DNA from: Zancudomyces culisetae HAW-14-8
Lineage: Eukaryota > Fungi > Kickxellomycota
Direction of reading: 5' to 3'
Assembly: GCA_052426225.1 (NCBI GenBank)
Contig: JBNJNM010000021.1
Location: 806,001-870,000 of the forward strand
DNA length: 64,000 bases
Below the pieces are notes generated by a model that worked only from the letters and a program-made list of their open reading frames with translations, was not told where the DNA came from and ran no database searches. Each line of letters opens with the position of its first letter. Position 1 is the first letter of the stretch. A program made the position numbers and the translations under genes. This document shows positions 11,981 to 22,564 of the stretch, piece after piece.

Positions 11981-13801
11981 ATTTTTTTAATATGTTTTTT
12001 GTTTAATTAGTATGTTAGGTACCAGATATTAATTATTATATCAAGTTAATGTATTATTTATTTTTTAACAAAATTATCTATTTTTTACTCGGCTAGTACT
12101 ACCTTTGATGGTTGTTTTATATACTTTTTCATTTTGCGTTGCAAGTACTTTGGCAGATATACGAAATATCAGTATAATATCCATTAATCTTAATGATATA
12201 TTGGTAGATCCTATATTACCACTGTAATATTTTTTATTATCTTAATATTGTAGAGTGTAAATATAAAAAATACATGTTGTAAGGTTGAACATGACTTGAA
12301 CCCTAAATAAGATTGATCTGTTCATGCCATACATGAACAAGGAAACAGTTCACTCTTGCAAGGTCATCCATTTGCAGATTAGGACTTTTGAACTGCAATT
12401 GGGTAATTTGGATTTGGAATTTCATCACACTAACGAATTTCTGAATTTATTTGCTGGTCAATTCTTTACTAACAATCCATCAAATTGTAATTTAGTATAA
12501 CTGCTTTTAATAACTATCTTGGCACCAGCTAAACTGTTTTTACTATTGCAAATGCTAGTAAAGATCATTAAAAAACCACCAGCCATATAATTACCTTTTC
12601 CTCATCAAAATAATATTTTCCTTTGGTCTGGAGGCTAAAAAAAAATCTGTAAATAATCTACAGATTAATACTGAAAGATGAGTTGAACTATCAACACCAT
12701 ATAACAACCAGTGATGTATACATATTGGTGCGAAGAAAATCCTAGCTCATTAAGCCGAGATTTCTTCCGGCAAACTCATCTCCGAGTTCTTTGATATAGT
12801 TTTAGCTTTTGTAACCATGAATTTATTTCAGTATTCGGGGGGTTTTTTTATTGAAAAATCCTTATGCTAATGCAGATGGGAAGAACAAGCCAAATGCAAA
12901 ACAGATGAGCTTACAGTAGGACTCGAGTAAACACCTATGTTTAAATTGTTTACATTCCCTTTCTCCTACTGGATTGGAAATTTTGCTGTTGCTTTGATAG
13001 ACTTGTCAAGTGATGAATCGAATCCCCATCACTAACTTTCACTATAAACATCAAATCCCAGCAGTGTATAAAACCTCGTAGGACAATAAAGGGATTAAAA
13101 ATCCGTATGCTAGGTGACTAGCTGGTAAACCGATAAAAAGTGTTTTACAGGGTGATAAACATTACCAACTCTTCAGCTGTATAGTTTAATTTTTGCTCAT
13201 ACTAACTAGCTTTGAATTTGAAGCCATCGTTCATATTAAGAACAACTTGGATACTCAAAAAGGTGTTCTATTAAAAAAAAAACTAACCAAAGATGAAAAG
13301 GTGTGGGGGGGGGGCGGGTGAGTAAAATAAAGGCAGCCAGCCACTAAATTAACCAAATTAGTTTTAGTTCACGTGTAACAAAAAATGAAAATGAGCTGTT
13401 TTATATCCTTCCTTCAAAATTAACAATGTCGAAGCCCAAGCCCGACCTAATCTCGAGGTCCAAAACTAGCAGGCCCATGTGTACCGATCATCACTGATAA
13501 TAACAATGTGGCTATAACATAATACTGAGGAATAGTGACATTGCTTTTATTTTGGTAAGGCAGTATTCAACACACTTTCACCAAACCAAAACACGCTTCC
13601 TTCTGCTTTTCTCAAATCACCAAGTTGTTAGGGTCGCCAGCCCACAAAAAATTGACCACTAAACAACTAGAAACAGTTAATATTCCTCTACAAGGAATCT
13701 TCATTTTATTTTTATTTAAATACCGACATATTCCTTTTTGCTGTTTTGCAATTGTTTATTTTGCCACAAATTGGTTGAGATATCAAGACACTAAATTCAA
13801 A

Positions 13802-14302
13802 ATGAGTAAATTTTCAACAAGTATATACAAGCTTATTATCAAGGATCTTAAAAACAACGATTTCAAGTTGTCACAGCTCAGAGGAAAAGTAGCATTAATT
13901 GTGAATGTGGCATCAAAATGCGGATATACACCCCAATATGAGGGTCTACAGCGATTACACGACAAGTATGGGGGAAAAGGCCTCATGATACTTGGATTTC
14001 CTTGCAATCAATTCGGGCAGCAAGAACCTGCTGATGCAAAGGGGATCGAGCGCTTCTTAATGGAACGATTCCAGGGAATACATTTCCCTTTAATGCAAAA
14101 GTCGGATGTAAATGGACCTGAAGCAAATGAGGTTTATAAGCTTTTAAAAAAAGAAGTTGCCGATAAAATTGGCGTTGAGGAGATGGATATCCAGTGGAAT
14201 TTCGAAAAGTTTTTACTTAATCGTGAAGGCGATTTAGTTGAGCATTTTAGTAGTAAAGTAGCACCTGAACAAATCGAGAAGGATATTGTCAAGCTGCTTT
14301 AG
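13802..14302 (+). CDS. Cys-type glutathione peroxidase family protein (166 aa from first ATG)
   Basis: Signature motifs GKVALIVNVASKCGYT, LGFPCNQFGQQEP, WNFEKFL. The peroxidatic codon is TGC. First in-frame ATG is at 13802. Confidence 0.95.
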   Translation: MSKFSTSIYKLIIKDLKNNDFKLSQLRGKVALIVNVASKCGYTPQYEGLQRLHDKYGGKGLMILGFPCNQFGQQEPADAKGIERFLMERFQGIHFPLMQKSDVNGPEANEVYKLLKKEVADKIGVEEMDIQWNFEKFLLNREGDLVEHFSSKVAPEQIEKDIVKLL

Positions 14303-14705
14303 CATGCTTTTCTATTGGTTTAGCGAGAATTATCGTTGTTTAAAAAACGTACCCCTTTATGTAGTGTGAGTGTTTATTAAGTCACAAACCCTTCCTTATA
14401 TGAAAATTGTGATTTGTTATTAAACCAACTCCAAATCGTATATTGAGAATAAAGCATCAATGTAATGGGCTATCAATATTAGTATAAAAACAGAGTACAG
14501 CATTTGCAGTTCCAGTTGCATTTAAAAAGTATTGGCAGCCAAACATAATAGTATACCGAAGGAATATACACTCTTCATTAAAAGGAACGAGCATATCGTC
14601 TATTTAACTAAACGAGATAAATGAATTGATGAGCTACTGGATTTAGCGTTCGTCAGAATATCGAAAGGGTACATTCAAGATGGCAAACTGTAAACAGATA
14701 TGGGG

Positions 14706-17177
14706 TTACAGGTCGTACGTAGGTTTATATAGAGTGAGTGGTGCTGAAATAAATGGATTTTTACCCAAGAATAATTTATCAAAGGGAAGACCCTTGCAGA
14801 GTATTGAATATGCTCTTCGCATTTCGCTTCTCACCAGCTCTACATGGAAAGGATTGATGTTTCTTCCGCAGTTAACATCTATTTGATAAGGGTCTTCGAT
14901 GGACAGCAAACGAAGCGATTGTCTCCAGTTTTCAGGGTTTTTAATCATAGTGCGAGCCTCAACCCTGTCAAGAGTTGGAAGGTATTTCCTACTGATTCTT
15001 GCGGATCCCAGCCTTGGAGAAACAACACAGTCAAGATAATTGTGCTTGTAGCCATAGTACTCGAAGAAGCCTATCAAAAGTTCCGCCAAACTTTCTTTAT
15101 TAGGAGAGCAAATGGGCGAATCGACAAAATAAATGTGGGGGTTGATCTTGGCTTGTTCTACCTTAATTGGTTTTCTACAATTTGTACAAAGAGAATGGGA
15201 GACAATATTCGGCTTAGATGATGTCGATAGCTTTTCTGACAGGCGGTCCTGATAACTAGAATAGCCCTTGAAGGGATACGAATCGTAAAAATCTATTCTA
15301 AACACTTCATCTATTTCAGTATCACTTGATGGTTGTGGATTAACGCTCTGTTGCGATTTCAAGTCGTTTTTCTGATCTAAATGCTTGGATAATATCAGTT
15401 CGGAGGGGTTGTACTCCTTTACACCTCTTTGTTTGGAAGTCAAACAGCATATCTCCTGCAAATTCGGTACTACCCTTCTTCCGATCAGATATGTTAAAAG
15501 CATCAAGGTGTATGAGTACGAATTTATCAGAATCATGCCATTTACCAAACCTCTGTGAGATGCCCAAGATTTCACTAGTTTAATCAAAGGTCCCACCCGA
15601 CTATCAGCGTTCATATATGCCTTTATCATTTTTGTTTTTATAATCCCATCATTGTTATTGCACGTTATATCGACAGAAATCGGAGGGTCCGCACTACATT
15701 TTATCAGTTAAACAATTATAGCAATGTCATAGACACCATGAATCTTTCTCTCAAAAAAAAGCGATAAGCTAGTTGCGATAGATATGAGTATAGTGATTCT
15801 GCAATACAATTATAAGAATAATTTGAAACTGCTAAATAGCTCATAGCCCTACCGTTGATAAACCATCTTTACTATTGGCACATTCGCATCTATAAATACA
15901 CCTGTGAAACCTTTACGTCGCATACTTTTACACAAGCTGGACAAAAATCTTTTTTCATTACCAACTCCTGCCTTTCTCTTTGTACGTTTCAGCATAATCA
16001 TCAAATCAATGTCACTACCATTATTAGCGGTCCCTATGCTCCATGATCCAAACAATGTGATTTGTGGGTAATATTTTTTCATTTCCACCTCAAACGATGC
16101 CAGCCTTATTAATTTTAGAATTTCATTGACGGATTTTTCACCACTACCCACAGGTTCGTTAGTGTACTCACAGATTTCTCTATCTAACCGAGTATAATCT
16201 ACGTTTTCTGTGCTTACTCGCCAAAGATGCCTATTGAAAGCCAAGCTAGCGCGCTCAGCCTTTGTGAGACTTGTGGTGTCTTGCACTAGTTTAGTAAGTT
16301 CTTGGGCCTCATCTCTGCCTATTTGTTCAAGTTCGCTTTCTTTCTCATCTATAGATCTTTTGATCAACTCTTCATAATGATTCTCAGTATAATATTTATT
16401 TTTAGATCTTGTTGGTGTTTTTATTTTGCTCTCAACTTTACTTTTACTCTGGCTCTTGGGTTTCCCTGTTGTATTTTTGATGTTGAATTCTAGCTTTACA
16501 TTCTTTTGAAGCATTTTAAGCTCCCTATCATACTCGCTTCTTTTATTCTTTGGTAGTTTGCCAACTGGACCATATTTTTCCTCTACAACTTTGTGGGCTT
16601 CGCGCATAGCAATACGAAATTTTAATCTTTCAAGCGCACCAGTTTTACTACTCGGAACAGGTGTCAATACAGTATTGGACTTTTTGGGTGTTATAGAAGC
16701 GCTATGTCTGTCGCCTTTACTAGCAACTTCATTCCTGAATGCTGTATGAGAATCCTGTGTTTTGGGAGTTTCGTCTCCTGGCTTTTCAATAGTTAAAAGT
16801 GAAATTCTACTATTAGTACAGGAATCTGATGTCTTTACTTCGACACACTGTACAGTAGCAGCGTTTTCACGTTTTTTCGGTGATTTTGTGGTTTCTTGTC
16901 CAAAAATCAACTTTTCGTGACTCGCTTGATGGAACCCGGAAGATCCTGTGTCATTATTTTCCGGTTTTGTATTGAAATTTCTATCCTGCTGCATATACAA
17001 GTTGGAATTGGAGTGAAATCGCATGCTTTTACACATAATAGTATGTCTTGGGATTTTTTGGTTCGCTTTATTAGGACCGCTGGGCAGAAATTTAAAACAC
17101 TTTGGTACAAGAACGTCTTGAATGGAAATCCGTTGGAGCTTCATCAAATGCCGGTAACTTTCGCCAGCGCTAAACAT
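14706..17177 (-). CDS. Cid1/TUTase/PAPD-family non-canonical poly(A)/(U) RNA polymerase; exons 15853-17177 and 14706-15693 (about 770 aa)
   Basis: Pol-beta motif LFGSWSIGTANNGSDIDL; ANVPIVK; third Asp in SVDITCNN restored by splicing intron 15694-15852; LIKLVKSWA..RGL, NSYSYTLML; PAP-associated ESLAELLIGFFEYY and SIEDPY..DVNCGR. The start codon is uncertain. Confidence 0.88.
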
Positions 17178-17426
17178 TATTTCAAACACACTTTCTCGGT
17201 TCTATTTGTACTGTACTCTCTGACTATGACTTTACCCGAGTAAAGGGGTAGAGCATTTCCTCAAGTTTATACAATTTGTGACAATATCAATTCATAAATC
17301 ATGATTTCACCAAGCCATACAAATTTTTTTTAAGTTTGCAAATGATTTCACGAATCCAAAAAACTATGCAATATTTTCTAAGCTCGATTATCTCGCCTAA
17401 AACCTCCATATTTGGGTCAAGTGCCG

Positions 17427-17523
17427 ATGAGAAGTATGAGAAGTATGAGAAGTATGAGAAGTATGAGAAGTATGAGAAGTATGAGAAGTATGAGAAGTAT
17501 GAGAAGTATGAGAAGTATGAGAA
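17427..17523. repeat. Perfect 9-bp tandem repeat (ATGAGAAGT) x about 10.8
   Basis: Read directly from the sequence; it produces the spurious (EKY)n and (MRS)n ORFs. Confidence 0.97.
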
Positions 17524-17985
17524 AACATAAACGTCACCTCGAAACTGCTTTACACGCCCGTCTGAACAACCACAAAAACCAATACGTTATGGGAAAGCAT
17601 AACAAAGACGGGTTTGTCTTGGTATTTTAGAACTAGCTTCCATGCGCTTGTATGTTGCATCTTCACTACCTCGTAATGTCTTATAACCAGGTGCTTTACT
17701 TTTGCTTACAAGTGTCAATACTTTGTTTGCTATTGATGATAGTATATTTGTGAATCGTCGTGGTACAAGAAGCACACATATATAGTTGCTTAAAACTACG
17801 AACTGAGTAGTTATGTGTAAAAAGTAGAATAGAGTTATTTAAATGTAACTTTGGCTTATCTGCAAAGTAAATAGGACACAAATAGTAATTATAGTCTAAT
17901 TAGTCAACAGGAATATAAGATGAATATAAACCTAAGGTGGAATCTCAATAGCAAACAAAAGAGTATTTATTCAGATACTGGTGAT

Positions 17986-18366
17986 TTATCCAGACAGAAA
18001 GTTTATAAACCAGTTTCCGGGTTTTCTTGCCTTCCCTGAAACAACATCCTCAACATGGTCAATAAGTTTGGAATAATATTTTGGATCGGAGCTTGGGCTG
18101 GTAATTCTGCTAGATAGTGGATACTTGTTTTTGGCATCGTTATTTAATATTCGCTCTAAAGAGGCCAAATTTGATTTTCCATTATCCAAAATAGTTTGCA
18201 TTTCCTCTTTGCTATCATAAGCCTTTTTATTAAATCGCTCCTCTGCGTATTGTTTGAGTGATTCTGAAAGGTTATATGTTGGCCTGAGTCTGTCAATAGG
18301 CCACTTTGAAGCTACTCTATTATAATTTCTGTGCAAAACCTTGAGTTCGGCTAGTAGTACACTCAT
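17986..18366 (-). CDS. CBP6: Cytochrome b translational activator / complex III assembly factor Cbp6/UQCC2 (126 aa)
   Basis: WPIDRLRP motif, SLERILNNDAKNKYPLS..ITSPSSDPKYYSKL, family-typical size. A probable 5'UTR intron donor lies near 18548. Confidence 0.85.
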   Translation of the reverse strand: MSVLLAELKVLHRNYNRVASKWPIDRLRPTYNLSESLKQYAEERFNKKAYDSKEEMQTILDNGKSNLASLERILNNDAKNKYPLSSRITSPSSDPKYYSKLIDHVEDVVSGKARKPGNWFINFLSG

Positions 18367-19036
18367 TTTCTATGTTGTTTATTCGTTTAACCTTTGGGAT
18401 GAGAAGATCTGTACTTTTTTCTGAGAAAAGTTAGATTTGATGAATTCGTCCTAATTAAAGTATAATTGATATTTTAAGCTCAATTTACATTTATAACACA
18501 TATATGTAAAAAAAAACCATACATCCTCCCTTCTCCTAGTGCACTTACCTCCAAACAAAAATCGGTAAAGTTGGTTTGAAATTCGCTCTTGAGATACTGA
18601 AAGCAGAAACAGTGTGGTTCCTATATCTTGGAAGAGTTTGTTAAATTATGTAGTTTTGGAACTGATTGGCCGGTAATTTTCTTTCTCTGGCCACTAGTAA
18701 CTGCTAAAAAACAATTGTGCCAACAACATTATAATCAAAGAGATTGGGAGAAAAAAAATTTTAGGTCATCACATTTACCAATCATTGATCATTGCAATCA
18801 CTGTAATCGCTACAAAAAAATATAGAAAAGCAGAATCACAGATCAGCAATGGTTGGTTGAGGGTAGTGGTGTTTCCTCAGGTATATCTAACTTACTTTTG
18901 ATTTTGGCTTTGTATCCATCATATCCGGACTACATACCAACTTAACTCTGCCTCTTTGTTGCCGCAGAATATATATCTAGACTGTTTACTGCTCTAAGAT
19001 TAGGTAGAAAGATGGGAATATACTGTGAAGCGAAAA

Positions 19037-20762
19037 ATGAGTTCAGAAAATAAAATTGTGATCGATGTTATCGAAAATCCCAAGAATCTGTATGAAATAA
19101 AAGCGGTTATCGAAAAGGTACAACTCGAGCTAATAAAGCTCAGAGGAATAGAAAACGTAAAACCCGATAATAGTCATGATACTCGGTTATGTGCAAACGA
19201 GGATCAATTTTGTAAAAGTTATGGTAAAAATAAACCCGTAGTGGAATTTAAGGATTTTTGGGTAGTCGATAGCGAAAATGGTAGGAAAAAGTGTGTTAAT
19301 TGGATGCAGATCGCAATGAAAAGGCTTTTGTGTGATATCCAAAATACTAGGCAAACCGAGGTTGAATCACTCTACGAAACTATTGACACGATAACGGTTT
19401 TGATTTCGGAATTATGCGGTAAAGGAGGTAAACAGAAAAGAATATAATGTATATATATGTGCATATATGTTATATTATGCAAGGCTTCCCACAACTTTTT
19501 TGCCTTTTGGCTTATGTTTGGAATATTGCACAGTTTACACACATAGCTAAAAAGTATGGTATATCAATGTGTAATACTTTTCAAGCATACATGCTTGGCA
19601 CCCGTATAAACCGTATTGAAAATAATCTTATTCAATAAAAAACATTATAGCATCCGGATCAACAAAGAGAAGCTTTAAGATGTGGACCGAGAACGGCGAG
19701 GAATTTGCTATAATCCTAAATGAACCCAGCTTTAATGAGGCCGATCTAGGTTCGCAAACCTGGGGTTCGTCGATTTTGCTTTCTAGGTAAATGTTATATG
19801 TATAAAAAGCCTTTTAATATTCTGCCCTAAATGGAATTAGGGGGTTTTTGCGTTATTTAGTTCTTGACTGGTTTTTTTTTCATTAAAAATATTGTATAAA
19901 TAGAAAAATAGCACGAAAAGATTTCGATATTAGTAAATATAACAGTATACTGGAACTGGGAAGTGGGACCGGCTTGGTTGGCACAACTTTATCTAAGGTG
20001 CTGGCTGATACACTACAAAACATGTTTAGGGAGAATCAAAATTATAGTACAGATAAGAGCGTAGTGATAACAGATTTTATCCCCGCACTTCTTGACAAGA
20101 TAAAAGCAAGTTTAACCGACAACATAGGATGCACGTTTGATGCTAGTTCCACAGCTTCTATCTCTAACTCCAAGATCTGTAGCTGTAATTGTACTGTTAA
20201 GGTTGAAAAATTCGATTGGTTCACTCTGAACAAATTAGCATTAAAAACAAATAGCGATTCTGATATTGTTGTACCGCCTAGAGCCAACTATCTGGACGTC
20301 TATGGATCTGAGGCTTGTGAGATTGAGCACAACAGTAATAATAATGGTGTCTACCAAGACTTTGATTTGGAGAGATATGCGCGTAGTTTTGATCTGATTA
20401 TTGCTGCGGATGTTCTGTATGAGCTCGAACATGCAAAAATTATACCCAAAGTGGTAAAACACCTGTTGGTCTCAAAAGCCTCTCCACATGCTAATAAGGC
20501 AGCAAACGATGGTTTGTTTGTGATTGTAGTTCCATTAAGAAAAACACATAAGCTAGAAGTTGAAGTCTTTGAGCAACAGATGTGTGCTGCTGGATTCGAG
20601 TTACTCAAGGTTTTTCAATGTTCGCTACAACAGGACCTGGAAGAATGGGCCGACAGGATAAAAGAAAGCGGGAACCTTGATAGAGTTTCCTTTCAGAAAG
20701 TGTTGGAAATAGAGGGAAAAACGCAGGAGCTTTACAAGTGTTACTTTTGGGCAAACAAGTAG
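19037..20762 (+). CDS. EFM2: Methyltransf_16 family protein-lysine methyltransferase, Efm2-like; exons 19037-19427, 19651-19786, 19904-20762 (461 aa)
   Basis: Spliced product contains LNEPSFNEADLGSQTWGSSILLS, motif I ILELGSGTGLVG, post-I VVITDF and the FDLIIAADVLY (DxxY) motif. Intron phases are consistent. Confidence 0.82.
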
Positions 20763-21030
20763 TTGAAGACACCTCCTGCTGTTTTTTTTCCTCGTTTGCA
20801 CAACTTTTTTTGGCCGTCCTTTTTTGAGAGACGTTAATATAGCAATAGTCAAATTTCCTTTTTTTAAAAAAACAAACAAGAGTTCTGGATCACATTGGTG
20901 AAATAAAGTGGAAAATATATGGAATTTAGTAGCTAGTTATATTTAAAAAAATAAAAGACGGAAGGCGGGAAACGAAACGCGGGTATTAGTAGGATAGAGT
21001 TAACTAGAAACAACAACAAAAGTGCTAAAA

Positions 21031-22564
21031 TCACTCTTCGTCATCTTCCTCCTTCTCTTCCTCACTCTCATCATCCTTATTTTCACTATTATCGAGGTAC
21101 AAAAAAGATAGTTAAGTATTGGCAAATTGTTATTAAGACAATGTGAACTGATAGTTTGTTTTTTTACAAAAAAAAAGTAATTTTGACTTACTTGAGTTTT
21201 TGAGTACGGTATTCTTCATACAAGACATTGTTAGTGTAATCGATAAAGTCTGAAATATGGGAGTTGAGTAGTATGTATCTAAGCAAGCCAAAGTCTGACA
21301 TGTCGTCGTTATCAACTAAATTATGATAGGATAGGGAGTCATGCTGTTAGTATCAGGATCAAAAAATAAAGAGGGATGGACTGGTATATTGTATTGCAGT
21401 GTAGTGTAAGGCAAGCCGCTCTCTCAGTATTTTCCACAAAAAACATAAAACATAAACAAGATCTTACTTTCAACTGTTCCCCAAGGATATCTTCGTACAC
21501 GAATGGAACCATAGTCACCATCTACAACCTCGTCACACCCTACAATAGAGAAGGGAACGATAGCTTGGATCTCCTGATTTTCTTCAAGGGTTTCTGGGTC
21601 AGATTCGTCGTCCCATCCAAAGTTATAGATTGGGAGCTCATAAGTCATAACGTCTTTCATAACCTGCAGTTTGAACAGTGCTATCTCGTCTGTTGTAAAA
21701 GTATCGGCACGCCCAATAAGCAAAATAATGTTGACAAAGTGACCGAGACGCTTAATAGCCTCAATATCCAGCTCTCGCAATCCATGACCTGTTGGAGTCA
21801 AGAAATAAAGAAGTACGTGGACTCTGTTGTCCTTGTACTTGGAGTTACGTCTAATTCTGCTTTCCTCAAGCAACACCTCATCGAATTGTGATTCAATGTA
21901 TTCTTGCAGCTGGGTGAAGCTATATTTATGAAATATTGATAACTTTTAACACTCTACCTTTATTATTTCACTCTACTTTTTTTCCTTCTTTTAAACTTCC
22001 ATAACAAATTTTCTTGGATTTTATTTGCTTTCAAACTTACCATGAGTAGTTGTCGATTCCATCTCCATATCCCGGTGTATCAACTGTTGTCAAAAAGATG
22101 TTTGTGCCATCTTCGATCATCTGTGTCTCATACTTGTTGAATTTCATTGGTTCTACCATGTGTGCCATTTCTGGATCTTCTGCTACTGGTGGTGGAATTA
22201 CTTCTCTTTCACAAAGCGTGTTTACAAATGTGCGTCTTCCGAGTCCAGAAACACCTACAATGGGTTTTTTGTTAAGTTAATTTAGCCATCCCAAGCTTTA
22301 GTAAACACTATATATAAATGGATGTGAATCGTTGCACGGAAGAAATCTTTGCATGCCTGTTCGTACACATAAGCACTCAACAGTTCTGCTAATTTCTCGG
22401 AGAAAGCGAATTTCTAACATCATTTAAATTTGACTCGTGTTAATATTTTTAAACTTACCAACGAGCATGATGTTATATCTGATACCACGCTTCTCTGTTT
22501 TGTATCGCAAGCTGCTAGGTCTCGCCGAGCTTACTGGTACTGCTTTGGCTCCTTTGCTACTCAT
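21031..22564 (-). CDS. Septin, Cdc11/AspA-like; exons 22459-22564, 22041-22254, 21468-21919, 21192-21315, 21031-21085 (316 aa)
   Basis: YNIMLVGVSGLGRRTFVNTL (G1), DTPGYGD (G3), EESRIRRN, DNRVHVLLYFLTPTGHGLRELD, RRYPWG, SDFGLLR, LYEEYRTQKL. All introns GT-AG; total 951 nt. Confidence 0.9.

Noticed and set aside
13010-13135. C/D snoRNA candidate starting GTGATGA
   Set aside because: No CTGA D box or terminal stem at a suitable distance.
13625-13801. 59-codon in-frame upstream extension of GPx from a TTG
   Set aside because: No ATG, T-rich UTR-like composition, and family homology starts at 13802.
13917-13925. GPx as an active selenoprotein
   Set aside because: The catalytic codon is TGC (Cys); there is no in-frame TGA.
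17427-17523. CRISPR-like array or (EKY)n/(MRS)n peptides
   Set aside because: Head-to-tail minisatellite with no spacers, in a eukaryotic genome; the ORFs are repeat artefacts.
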